Assembly: GCA_964453075.1 (NCBI GenBank)
Contig: CAYVNM010000006.1
Coordinates: 1 to 51,911 of the forward strand
Direction: 5' to 3'
Origin: an uncultured Candidatus Saccharibacteria bacterium
Lineage (GTDB): Bacteria > Patescibacteriota > Minisyncoccia > Phycocordibacterales > DATDWN01
DNA: 51,911 nucleotides
This document shows, piece by piece, positions 8,975 to 18,096 of the stretch. Under the pieces are notes generated by a model that saw only the letters and a list, made by a program, of their open reading frames with translations, did not search any database and was not told the DNA's origin. Each line of letters starts with the position of its first letter. Within the stretch, counting starts at the first letter, position 1. The translations under genes and the position numbers were made by a program.

Positions 8975-9130
8975 ATGTCACAAGACAGATTAATACAGCT
9001 AAAAAACAAGGAGTCTGGGGAAGTATATTGGACTTCAAAAAACAAGAAAAAAGTTGAGCGAAAAATAGAGCTCAAAAAATATAGTAAAAAACTTCGAAAG
9101 AGGATTACCTTCAAAGAAGCCAAAAAATAA
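8975..9130 (+). CDS. rpmG: 50S ribosomal protein L33
   Basis: 51 aa ORF absent from the track (<60 aa): MSQDRLIQLKNKESGEVYWTSKNKKKVERKIELKKYSKKLRKRITFKEAKK. The L33 pattern Y.T.KNK......KlELkKY.P..rKh..fkE.K is present. Confidence 0.85.
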   Translation: MSQDRLIQLKNKESGEVYWTSKNKKKVERKIELKKYSKKLRKRITFKEAKK

Positions 9131-9156
9131 AAACGCCTACTAGGCGTTTTTATTTT
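9131..9156. terminator. hairpin terminator between rpmG and tRNA-Trp
   Basis: AAACGCCTA-ct-AGGCGTTTTTATTTT. Confidence 0.6.
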
Positions 9157-9160
9157 ATTG

Positions 9161-9231
9161 CGGGGGGTGGAAGAATCGGACTCCCGACAACGGTTTTGGA
9201 GACCGTAGTTATACCACTTAACTAACCCCCC
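9161..9231 (-). tRNA. tRNA-Trp(CCA)
   Basis: Reverse complement reads GGGGGGT TA GTTA AGTGGTA TAAC T ACGGT CTCCAAA ACCGT ..GGGAG TCCGATT CTTCC ACCCCCC G. Confidence 0.9.
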
Positions 9232-9256
9232 TAGATTCATCTATGCTACACAATTT

Positions 9257-10189
9257 TTAACTTTTAAGCAAAAAGTGCTCAACGATTTTTTCAGCTTCAC
9301 TGTAATTTTTGGGTTTTACCCACCTTATTTTTTTATCCCCGCCTGCTCCCGACCGAACGGGAGGGCGGGCAGGTCTCTTGAACCATGTCATTTGTCTTTT
9401 TGCATATCGCCATATCTCAGTTTCTAACTTTTCCAAAAATTCTTTTTTTGTTATTTTGTTTTGTAAATATAGAGCTAAGTATCTGTATTCCAAACCCAGT
9501 GCCAACATTCTTTTCCAAGACAAACCCTTTTTATGTAAATTCTGTCCTTCTTTTATCATTCCTTTTTTGACGCGCGAAATTAACCTATTATGAATTCTTT
9601 CTTTCAATTCTTCGTCAGGAATAGTTAATCCTATTTGTAGGAATTGATAATCATTTTTATTCTTTTTTATTTTTGGTACAGAACCAAGTTTGGTTGCTAT
9701 TTCAATGGCCCGGATGAGTCTAACAGGATTTTTTTTATCTATATTTTTCAAACGTTTTGGATCTAGTTTTATTAAAATGGTTTGAAGTTCAGAAAGGCTT
9801 TTCTTCTCTAGTTTTTTACGTAGTTCTTTGTTTGGAGGAACTTCTGGTAGGACAATGTCATCCACTATTGATTGTATGTAGAATCCAGTACCACCACAGA
9901 TAATTGGTAGTTTGCCACGAGCAATGATTTCTTCAATTATTCTTTTTGTGTGTTTCAACCACTCTGACACAGAGAAAATCTTTTTAGGAGAAACAACATC
10001 CAGCATATGGTGGGCAATACCCATCATTTCTTTTTTTGTGATTTTTCCTGTACCCAAGTCTAAGTCGGTGTATACCTGTCTTGAATCAGCAGAAATAACC
10101 TCGCCATTATATTTTTTAGCAACTTTTACGGCAAAATCAGATTTACCTGTGGCAGTAGGGCCAAGTATCACTAGTATTTTAGGTTTCAT
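9257..10189 (-). CDS. miaA: tRNA dimethylallyltransferase
   Basis: P-loop GPTATGKS, ADSRQVY, HHMLDV, YAKRQMTWF. Start set at MKPKILVILG because the longer ORF (to 10273) runs through tRNA-Leu(CAA). Contains an in-frame GC-rich palindromic insert at 9337-9373. Confidence 0.9.
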   Translation of the reverse strand: MKPKILVILGPTATGKSDFAVKVAKKYNGEVISADSRQVYTDLDLGTGKITKKEMMGIAHHMLDVVSPKKIFSVSEWLKHTKRIIEEIIARGKLPIICGGTGFYIQSIVDDIVLPEVPPNKELRKKLEKKSLSELQTILIKLDPKRLKNIDKKNPVRLIRAIEIATKLGSVPKIKKNKNDYQFLQIGLTIPDEELKERIHNRLISRVKKGMIKEGQNLHKKGLSWKRMLALGLEYRYLALYLQNKITKKEFLEKLETEIWRYAKRQMTWFKRPARPPVRSGAGGDKKIRWVKPKNYSEAEKIVEHFLLKS

Positions 10190-10197
10190 TCTATTTG

Positions 10198-10279
10198 TGC
10201 CGGAGAGAGGACTTGAACCTCCATCCCTTGCGAGACGCGATTTTGAGTCGCGCGCGTATACCAATTCCGCCACTCCGGC
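10198..10279 (-). tRNA. tRNA-Leu(CAA)
   Basis: Reverse complement reads GCCGGAG..CGCGA CTCAAAA TCGCG..long variable arm..GGAGG TTCAAGT CCTCT CTCCGGC A. Confidence 0.92.
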
Positions 10280-10340
10280 ATTAACTTTATTAGTCTATAT
10301 TTATTTTACTAAAAAATCAATTTCGTGATAAAATACGTGT

Positions 10341-11384
10341 ATGACACAGTTTTACAATGATTCTGTTTTCTGGATTGATGTAGAAAAAATACACCCGAAT
10401 CCATTTCAACCTAGAAGAGAGTTCGACGAAGCACAATTACAAAGTTTGGCTGACTCCATAAGACAATACGGGGTTCTTCAGGCATTAGTTGTTACTCGCA
10501 AAGAAGTTCCAAAGGAGGATGGTGGTTTGGCTGTTGAATATGAACTCATTGCTGGTGAGAGAAGACTTCGTGCTTCCAAACTAGCTGGTCTAACACAAGT
10601 TCCAGCTTTAATAAAAGTAGGAGATGAGGAAAATGATTTAATGAAGTTGGAGCTTGCCATCATAGAAAACATTCAGCGTGAGGATTTAAATCCTGTAGAT
10701 AGGTCTAAGGCCTTTCAGAGGCTTATAGATGAATTTGGTTTTAAGCACGTTGAAATAGCAAAAAAAGTAGGGAAGAGTCGCGAGTATGTTTCAAATTCTG
10801 TTAGACTTTTATCTCTTCCTCCAGAAATTTTGGACGCTTTGTCTTTGGGTAAAATATCAGAAGGTCACGCAAGACCTCTTATGATGCTCGGTGACAGGGC
10901 GGAAGAACAGAACACTCTTTTTAAAGAAATAATGTTCAAGAAACTTACTGTACGTGAGGCCGAGGCTATAGGTCGCAGAATTGCTTATGACAAGATACGA
11001 AAGAAAGGAATTACACTAGATCCTGAAACACAAGAATTAGAAGAAAAATTAACAGAAACTCTGGGTACTCGTGTCTCGATTGAAAAAAGAGAAAATGGAG
11101 GGAAAATTTTGATAGATTATTTTTCCAATGAAGACCTTAGAGATATTCTGGAACTTATAAAAACGAACAAAGTATCTTCTCCAACAGAGAGATTAGAGAG
11201 ACATATGGCAGAAAATCCTATTCCTCCAAAAAATGACAACATTCCAGATTATGTTAGAGATCCTGACTTGGCAGAAATGACAATAGAAGATTTGAATAAC
11301 ATGGATGATAGAACTCCCGAACAACAAAAAGAAGATGAGAACAGTGAAGACGAGCTGTACTCTATAAAAAATTTCTCAGTTTAA
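10341..11384 (+). CDS. parB: ParB/Spo0J chromosome partitioning protein
   Basis: HPNPFQPRR box, ELIAGERRLRAS ParB box, HTH region, acidic C-terminal tail. Confidence 0.85.
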   Translation: MTQFYNDSVFWIDVEKIHPNPFQPRREFDEAQLQSLADSIRQYGVLQALVVTRKEVPKEDGGLAVEYELIAGERRLRASKLAGLTQVPALIKVGDEENDLMKLELAIIENIQREDLNPVDRSKAFQRLIDEFGFKHVEIAKKVGKSREYVSNSVRLLSLPPEILDALSLGKISEGHARPLMMLGDRAEEQNTLFKEIMFKKLTVREAEAIGRRIAYDKIRKKGITLDPETQELEEKLTETLGTRVSIEKRENGGKILIDYFSNEDLRDILELIKTNKVSSPTERLERHMAENPIPPKNDNIPDYVRDPDLAEMTIEDLNNMDDRTPEQQKEDENSEDELYSIKNFSV

Positions 11385-12895
11385 TTTTTATTTGTTTTAT
11401 CAAGTTCACTTCTTATGTGTCTCCTGGCCATAGTGGTTTTGCAGTAAGGTATCCATTTGCTACTAGGTTTTGAGTTTTTCTTGGTTTCTATTTCTACGCG
11501 ATCGCCATTTTGAAGTATGGTATTTATAGCCACAAATTTTCCATTTATTTTTGCGCCAGACATTCTGTTTCCTATGTCGGTGTGGATGGCATATGCAAAA
11601 TCAATCACTGAAGATTCTTTTGGAAGATCTATCACATCACCTATAGGGGTGAATACAAAAATTCTCTCTTTGAAAAAGTCATCTTTTATATCATCCATAA
11701 ACTCATCACCAGCCTCTTTTTGATACTCTACTAGCTCTTTGACCCAGTGTGGAATATCTACTGTTGGTTTCTCTCCGTTTTCTTTTGTCTGTTTTTTTGC
11801 TGGTAGGATTTTTGTAACCCAAAGAAGACTTGGGTTTGTTGTTTTTTTCTTTACACCTTCTTTATATGATAGATGTGAAGCGATACCGTACTCTGCTTCT
11901 CGGTGCATCTCTTCTGTTCTTATCTGTACCTCAATAATTCCTCCATCTCCAGAAAAAATGGTTGTATGAATAGATCTATAGCCGTTAAGTTTTGGAGAGG
12001 CGATATAGTCTTTTATTCTTCCAGGAAGCGGTCTCCATGATCCGTGTATTATTCCAAGGATTCTATAGCAGTCAGGTATTTCTGGAACTGTTATACGAAG
12101 GGCGGATATATCATAAATTTTTTCAATATCCATATCGTTTCGAGAAAGTTTCCTAAATAGAGAATATAAACCTTTAACTCTGTGATCTATGCGAAAATGA
12201 ATTATGCCGTTTTCTGCCAAATGTTTTTTTATTTGTTTCTCAAATTTTTCTAGATATCTTTCTTGCTCTTCACCACGAATTTTTAGTAGTCTCTGTACTT
12301 CTTTGTATTCCTTTGGATAAACATAGGAAAAAGCTAAATCCTCCAACTCTCTTTGGAGCCTTTTTATTCCGAGTCTGCTTGCTATAGGTGCGTATATTTC
12401 TAGAGTTTCTTTGGCTATGCGCATTTGTTTTTCCTCGCGAACATATTGAAGAGTCTGCATGTTGTGGAGCCTGTCGCATAGTTTAATAATCAAAACTCTA
12501 ATATCTTGTGACATGGCCACAAAAAGTTTTCGCAAGCTCTCGTTGTATCTGGTTGTACCTCTGTATTTTATTTTTCCAAGTTTAGTAACTCCTTCAACCA
12601 AAAACAATATTTCAGATCCAAATTCTTTTTCTAGTTCTTCTCTTGTAACAGATGTGTCTTCGACAATATCATGTAGGAAACCGGCAGCTATGGTTGTAGC
12701 TCCCATACCAAGTTCTGCGATGTTTTTTGCTGTTGCGAATAGGTGATTGAAATATGGTTCTCCACTATTTCGTACATGGCCCGAATGCGCCTTCATAGAG
12801 AAATTATAGGCTTTTTCTATAAGCGCTATATCACTAGAATCTTTGGTATTCAAAAGAGAGAAAATCTCTTTAATATCATTGTTTCCACTATTCAT
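11381..12895 (-). CDS. RelA/SpoT-family (p)ppGpp synthetase/hydrolase
   Basis: HD hydrolase domain (HSGHVRNSGEPYFNHL..LHDIVED), synthetase domain (NGYRSIHT), C-terminal TGS-like segment. 504 aa. Confidence 0.9.
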   Translation of the reverse strand: MNSGNNDIKEIFSLLNTKDSSDIALIEKAYNFSMKAHSGHVRNSGEPYFNHLFATAKNIAELGMGATTIAAGFLHDIVEDTSVTREELEKEFGSEILFLVEGVTKLGKIKYRGTTRYNESLRKLFVAMSQDIRVLIIKLCDRLHNMQTLQYVREEKQMRIAKETLEIYAPIASRLGIKRLQRELEDLAFSYVYPKEYKEVQRLLKIRGEEQERYLEKFEKQIKKHLAENGIIHFRIDHRVKGLYSLFRKLSRNDMDIEKIYDISALRITVPEIPDCYRILGIIHGSWRPLPGRIKDYIASPKLNGYRSIHTTIFSGDGGIIEVQIRTEEMHREAEYGIASHLSYKEGVKKKTTNPSLLWVTKILPAKKQTKENGEKPTVDIPHWVKELVEYQKEAGDEFMDDIKDDFFKERIFVFTPIGDVIDLPKESSVIDFAYAIHTDIGNRMSGAKINGKFVAINTILQNGDRVEIETKKNSKPSSKWIPYCKTTMARRHIRSELDKTNKN

Positions 12896-12987
12896 ATAGC
12901 AGGATTATACCCTAAAACCTATAAAGAAGTTATGGTATTGATTTTTATATATAAGTATGATATAATTGAGTTCAGGAGATGCTTACA

Positions 12988-13218
12988 ATGTCTGGAACTG
13001 AATTCGGTGTGGGTTTCGCTGGAGTCGTTCTCCTGGCCTTGATTTGGGGCCTGAAGGCGGACGGGTATTTTCAGAAATGCAAGAAGTGTGGCAGTCGACT
13101 GACTACTGTGCGTGGTTCGTACCACACTTCACACTGGATTTACGTGAGGTACGTTCACTGTTGGAGTTGTGGTACCAACACCTGGCCGCCTCCGTGGCAT
13201 CTGGTGAACAAAGAGTAA
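12988..13218 (+). CDS. hypothetical small membrane-anchored zinc-ribbon-like protein (GC-rich cassette C2)
   Basis: TTGATT(12938)-17 nt-TATAAT(12961). AGGAG 9 nt before ATG 12988. 76 aa with an N-terminal TM helix and CKKC..17 residues..CWSC. Hairpin CTCAACAC..GTGTTGAG downstream. Confidence 0.55.
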   Translation: MSGTEFGVGFAGVVLLALIWGLKADGYFQKCKKCGSRLTTVRGSYHTSHWIYVRYVHCWSCGTNTWPPPWHLVNKE

Positions 13219-13289
13219 GTGCGTATGGTCTCAACACAGAAAAGTTCTCACATAATGTGGAGCTTTACGTGTTGAGGCCTTTTCTGTAC

Positions 13290-15497
13290 CTAATCTTTTT
13301 TCTTTTTAGCAAAACCTCTTTTCTTTTTTTCTTCGGCTAGTATTTCCAATGCACGTGGAAGTTCGATAGTATAAACATCATCTTCTTTTAGTGAACGAAA
13401 ATCTTTTTGATGAACTATGTATGGTCCAAATCGGCCAATATTTGCTGTTATTTTTTCTCCAGTTGTCGGGTGAACCCCAAGTGTTCTTGGAAGAGTCAGG
13501 TATTTTAGGGCGTCTTGTAGGGTAACAGAAGACAAATCCTTACCTTTTGGTATAGAGGCCATTTTTGGTTTTGGTGCTTTTTTACTTCCTTTACCCTTAA
13601 CTCTTTCACCAATCTGAACATAAGGTCCGTATTTTCCAACCATCATAAAAATAGGTAATCCAGATTCTGGATCAATACCCAAAGGTTCATCTTTTTTTAT
13701 TTCTTCACCATCCATAGTCAAGGCACCTTCACAGTCTGGATATTTTGCACAAGACAGAAACTTGCCACTTCGTGACAATTTTATAATCATAGGACCTCCA
13801 CAAACTGGACATTTGAATGATTTATCTGCATTACCAAGATTTGTAACCTTGTCCAATTTGTCCTTGCTTTTTATCTCAGCTATGAATGGTTTGTAGAAAG
13901 TTTTTAGTGTTTTTACATATTCTTCTTTACCTTCAGCTATAAGATCAAGTCGATCTTCCATGTCGGCTGTAAAGCTGTCACTTATGTATCCAGCAAAGTT
14001 ATCTTCAAGAAAACTAGAGACGACATCTCCGGTATCTGTTGGTATCAGAGCTTTGTTTTGCTTTTCTACGTAACCTCTATCTTCTAGTGTTTTGATCGTT
14101 GAAGCATATGTACTAGGTCTTCCAATTCCTCTTTTTTCTAGTTCTTTTATAAGTCCTGCTTCAGAATATCTTCCCGGTGGTTCTGTTTGTTTTTCTTCCT
14201 TGGAAATATTTTTTAATTCGAGTTTCTCATTTGTTTTTACCTTTGGCAATTCAACATCATCTCCTCTAGATGCAGGATCTCCTAGTAACCAACCGGGAAA
14301 TTTTATTTGTGATCCGGTTACAGAAAAATCTGGAATACCGTCTTTTTCTGAAAGACCTTTCACGTTTGCTGTTATTTTTGTTCGTAAGGTTTTTGCATCT
14401 TTCATTTGAGACGACAAAGCTCTTCTCCAAATGAGTTCATATAATTTTTTTTGTTCGTCATTTATGCCCGCATGCTCTATGTCAAAATGTGTTGGTCGGA
14501 TGGCTTCATGTGCTTCCTGGGCATTTTTGCTTTTTGTTGTAAATTTTCTAATTTGTAAATATTCTTTTCCAAATTTTTTCTCAACAACACTGGCTATCTG
14601 AGCAATGGCCACATTACTTAGGTTTGTAGAATCAGTACGCATATACGTAATATGTCCAGCTTCATACAACTTCTGAGCGATACCCATTGTTCTAGAAGGT
14701 GAGAAACCGAGCCTAGAACTGGCTGTTTGTTGTAAGGTAGAAGTTATAAAAGGAGCTCGTGGACTTTTTTTGACATCTGATTCTTTTACGTCTTTCACAT
14801 ACCACTTGTTTTCCTTACCAGCTTTTTCTGCGGTTTCAATAATGTAGTCTAAAACTTTTTTATCTGTAGGTTCTTCCTCGCAGACAAGAGTTATAGAATT
14901 TTTGTTTTCAGTATTAAAATCAGCTGAAACAACCCAGAATGTGTGACTTTTGAAAGCACGAATCTCTCTCTCACGTTCCATTATTATACGTAGGGCAGGA
15001 GATTGAACTCTACCTGCTGATAGCCCATAACGAACTTTCTTCCATATAAGTCCAGACAAGTCATATCCCACAAGCCTATCCAGAACTCTTCTGGCTTCTT
15101 GAGCTTGCTTCAAATTATCATCTATTTTTCTTGGGTGTTTTATTGCTTCAACCACCGCCTCTTTTGTAATTTCGTGAAAAACTACCCGTTTTGGATGTTT
15201 GAGGCCTGTAGCTTCTGCGATATGCCAAGCAATAGCTTCTCCTTCACGGTCGGGGTCAGTTGCAAGCAAAACTTCCTTTGCTTTTTTTGAAAGAGTTTTA
15301 AGCTCGTTAACAATCTTTTCTTTACCTTTTGATATTTCATAATGTGGAATAAAACCACCTTCTATATCAATGGCTTTTTTATTTGATTTTGGTAAGTCGC
15401 GAATATGACCTACAGAAGCAACCACTGTATATTCTCCATCAAGATATTTTGAAATAGTTTTTGCTTTTGCTGGAGATTCGACAATAAGTAATTTCAT
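13290..15497 (-). CDS. topA: DNA topoisomerase I
   Basis: Toprim start MKLLIVESPAKAKT, DPDREGE, active-site region YMRTDS, C-terminal CxxC zinc ribbons. Start placed at the canonical MKLLIVESP rather than the track's upstream ATG (15578). Confidence 0.95.
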   Translation of the reverse strand: MKLLIVESPAKAKTISKYLDGEYTVVASVGHIRDLPKSNKKAIDIEGGFIPHYEISKGKEKIVNELKTLSKKAKEVLLATDPDREGEAIAWHIAEATGLKHPKRVVFHEITKEAVVEAIKHPRKIDDNLKQAQEARRVLDRLVGYDLSGLIWKKVRYGLSAGRVQSPALRIIMEREREIRAFKSHTFWVVSADFNTENKNSITLVCEEEPTDKKVLDYIIETAEKAGKENKWYVKDVKESDVKKSPRAPFITSTLQQTASSRLGFSPSRTMGIAQKLYEAGHITYMRTDSTNLSNVAIAQIASVVEKKFGKEYLQIRKFTTKSKNAQEAHEAIRPTHFDIEHAGINDEQKKLYELIWRRALSSQMKDAKTLRTKITANVKGLSEKDGIPDFSVTGSQIKFPGWLLGDPASRGDDVELPKVKTNEKLELKNISKEEKQTEPPGRYSEAGLIKELEKRGIGRPSTYASTIKTLEDRGYVEKQNKALIPTDTGDVVSSFLEDNFAGYISDSFTADMEDRLDLIAEGKEEYVKTLKTFYKPFIAEIKSKDKLDKVTNLGNADKSFKCPVCGGPMIIKLSRSGKFLSCAKYPDCEGALTMDGEEIKKDEPLGIDPESGLPIFMMVGKYGPYVQIGERVKGKGSKKAPKPKMASIPKGKDLSSVTLQDALKYLTLPRTLGVHPTTGEKITANIGRFGPYIVHQKDFRSLKEDDVYTIELPRALEILAEEKKKRGFAKKKKD

Positions 15498-15596
15498 ACG
15501 TTTGTCTAGTATTACCGTTTTTTTATTTTTTTGCAAATCTTTGGTGCAATAAATATTTAAGGCGAAGGGGTGTTGCATCTTGCAACACCCCTCAAG

Positions 15597-15821
15597 TCAC
15601 GGAACAGTTGGTGGCCACTTCTTCTGTCCGAGTGGACGGATCTTTTGTCCGAGACAGTAGTCCTCAACTCGTGCTAGCCAGCACGGGATGTCGAAGAATC
15701 CTATCGTGTTTGGCGGCACGAGGGGTCCCCAATGCTTACGGACAACGCCTCCCTTTTTCCCACAGTCACTGCACTCTGTTTCCGGAAACACTCCAACTTC
15801 TGTGTCGGCTGTCGAAGGCAT
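15597..15821 (-). CDS. hypothetical protein (GC-rich cassette C3)
   Basis: GAGGAG SD 7 nt before the ATG. TATAAT upstream, no clear -35. 74 aa. Perfect hairpin GGGGTGTTGCA-aga-TGCAACACCCC (15566-15592) right after the stop. Confidence 0.45.
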   Translation of the reverse strand: MPSTADTEVGVFPETECSDCGKKGGVVRKHWGPLVPPNTIGFFDIPCWLARVEDYCLGQKIRPLGQKKWPPTVP

Positions 15822-15864
15822 AGCCCATCTCCTCTGTGGGGTATTATAGCATGTTTGTAATTTT

Positions 15865-16725
15865 TTATTTTAGGTGTATCTCACCCATGATTTCTTCCAA
15901 AATGCCTTTAATTTCCATTGTAGCTATAATGGTCTGGGTTACATATACTGGTTTGCCCAGTCTGCGAATGATTTCGTCACGAGACAATGGTTCGTTTAAT
16001 ATATTAATAACCTCGTGTTCATCAGATGAACATTCCGAATAGTCTCTTTTTCTAAACAGATCTTCGTGTGGATTTAATCCTAGAGCAGTTATTATGTCGC
16101 TAGATTGTGTTATGGGTGTAGCGCCGAGGCGGAGTAACATATGTGGCCCTTCGGATGTTTGTGAAAAAATTGAATGAGGGACGGTGAACACATCTCTGTT
16201 GTATTCGATTGCGTATTTAGAAGTGATCAATGTTCCTGATTTGAGTGCGGCCTCTATGACCATTGTAGCGTGACACATTCCTGCCATGATTCTGTTTCTT
16301 TGTGGTGGACTCCATGGTGTTGTGACGAAATCATCTGCAAATTCAGAAATTAGAGCTCCACCATTCTCAACTATATCTTTTGCTAAATTTCGGTTACTGG
16401 ACGGGTACAGTACTTTTTGAGAAAGACCAGATGCGGGCACAGCAATAGTTGGTAAACCTGATTTTATTGCAGCTCTATGGGCTATGGCATCCATACCCAA
16501 AGCAAGTCCAGAGACTATTGTTATTGAATATCCTCTTAGTCCTTCGATTAGTTTTTCACAAACTACTTTTCCATAATCACTATATTTTCTAGAACCGACA
16601 ACAGCTAAATATTTTTCTGTTTTAGGTAGTTCTCCAATAATCCTCATGGATTTTGGGGGATCGTTTATTTGTAGGAGTAGGGGAGGAAAATCTTTTTTAT
16701 CCAAATTGCGAATTTCCATGTCCAT
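15865..16725 (-). CDS. dprA: DNA processing protein DprA/Smf
   Basis: Rossmann-like DprA core (VVGSRK.S.YG, SGLALGMDAIAHRAA). Usual dprA-topA neighbourhood. Confidence 0.85.
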   Translation of the reverse strand: MDMEIRNLDKKDFPPLLLQINDPPKSMRIIGELPKTEKYLAVVGSRKYSDYGKVVCEKLIEGLRGYSITIVSGLALGMDAIAHRAAIKSGLPTIAVPASGLSQKVLYPSSNRNLAKDIVENGGALISEFADDFVTTPWSPPQRNRIMAGMCHATMVIEAALKSGTLITSKYAIEYNRDVFTVPHSIFSQTSEGPHMLLRLGATPITQSSDIITALGLNPHEDLFRKRDYSECSSDEHEVINILNEPLSRDEIIRRLGKPVYVTQTIIATMEIKGILEEIMGEIHLK

Positions 16726-16763
16726 ATTTGTATAGTATATCGTATTTTTGCTACACTATATAT

Positions 16764-18035
16764 ATGCTAGATATAAAATTTATACGAGAAAATAAAGACC
16801 TTATTTCCCTTGGTGCTCAAAAAAAGCATATAAACTTTGATGTAGAAGCCCTTATAACAGTGGACGACAAAAGAAAAGAACTTATAGCATCCATTGAGAA
16901 GAAGCGTGCTGAGCAAAACATGGTTAGTGAAAGAATAGTTAGAACCAAGGATGAATCTGAAAAGGGACAGATGGTGAGAGAGATGAAGGCCTTGAAGGAG
17001 GCTATGCAACAAGAGGAAGATGAATTAAAAAAGGTCATGCATGACTGGCAAGTATTAATGCTCTCAGTTCCGAATATTCCTGATGTTTCTGTTCCTGATG
17101 GTGCGGATGATAAGGATAATAAGGAAATCAAGACTTGGGGGGAAATTCCAAAATTTAACTTTACTCCAAAGGATCACATTGAGCTAATGCAGAACCTAGA
17201 TATGCTAGATTTGGAGCGTGGAACAAAGGTTGCTGGTTTCAGAGGATATTTTTTAAAGGGTGATGGTGCCAGACTTCAATTTGCTCTTTGGCACTTTGTT
17301 CAGGATTTCTTTTTGAAGAAAGGAGGTTTTGTTCCCATGATAACTCCCGCGCTTGTCAGAAGAGAAACTCTTATGGGTACAGGATATATTCCACAAGGTG
17401 AAGAGGATTTGTATAAAACCCAAGATGGTGATTATTTGTCTGGAACAGCAGAGGTTGCTCTCATGTCATATTATTCTGATGAGGTTTTAGAAAAAAAAGA
17501 TTTACCAATAAAAATGCTTGGCTTTTCAAACGCTTTTCGTCGTGAGGCAGGAAGTCATGGTAAAGACACTAGAGGAATTTTGAGAGTGCATGAGTTTTTC
17601 AAATTCGAACAAGTTGTTTTATGTGAGGCTTCTCACGCTGAATCAGTAAAATATCATGAAGAAATAAACAACAATACAGAAGAAATAACACAGGCCTTGG
17701 GTTTACCATATCACGTGGTGGCCAATTGTGGTGGGGACCTAGGTTTGGGGCAGGTGAAAAAATATGATATTGAAGTTTGGCTTCCATCAGAGAATACATA
17801 TAGAGAGACAGGTTCAGCTTCTTATTTCCATGATTTTCAAACTCGTAGGTTGAATATTCGTTATCGGGACGATGAAGGTAAAATGAGATTTGTGCATTCT
17901 CTAAATAATACAGCTCTTTCAGGACGACCACTTATCATGATAGTTGAAAATTATCAAAATGAGGACGGGAGCATTCGTATTCCAGAAGTACTACAACCTT
18001 ACATGGGTGGACAAAAAGTTATTACAAAGCAATAG
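16764..18035 (+). CDS. serS: seryl-tRNA synthetase
   Basis: MLDIKFIREN start, N-terminal coiled coil, class II motifs (FRREAGSHGKDTRG, ..ETGSAS..). Start at ATG 16764, not the track's 16653. Confidence 0.95.
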   Translation: MLDIKFIRENKDLISLGAQKKHINFDVEALITVDDKRKELIASIEKKRAEQNMVSERIVRTKDESEKGQMVREMKALKEAMQQEEDELKKVMHDWQVLMLSVPNIPDVSVPDGADDKDNKEIKTWGEIPKFNFTPKDHIELMQNLDMLDLERGTKVAGFRGYFLKGDGARLQFALWHFVQDFFLKKGGFVPMITPALVRRETLMGTGYIPQGEEDLYKTQDGDYLSGTAEVALMSYYSDEVLEKKDLPIKMLGFSNAFRREAGSHGKDTRGILRVHEFFKFEQVVLCEASHAESVKYHEEINNNTEEITQALGLPYHVVANCGGDLGLGQVKKYDIEVWLPSENTYRETGSASYFHDFQTRRLNIRYRDDEGKMRFVHSLNNTALSGRPLIMIVENYQNEDGSIRIPEVLQPYMGGQKVITKQ

Positions 18036-18096
18036 TAAATTTACTAACTTATGCTTTGTTAGTAATTAAAAATTAGGTCAATTAGAAATTTTTATT

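Noticed and set aside
8950-9240. 96-aa minus-strand ORF.
   Set aside because: It overlaps tRNA-Trp and is antisense to a clear L33 (rpmG) gene that the track missed because it is under 60 aa.
9257-10273. N-terminally extended versions of miaA (to 10273), topA (to 15578), serS (from 16653), uvrB (from 42334), uvrA (from 44783), the DUF4446 gene (to 2867) and C18 (to 51871).
   Set aside because: The extensions overlap tRNAs, promoters or repeat arms. They lack homology to the family N-termini, and canonical internal starts exist.
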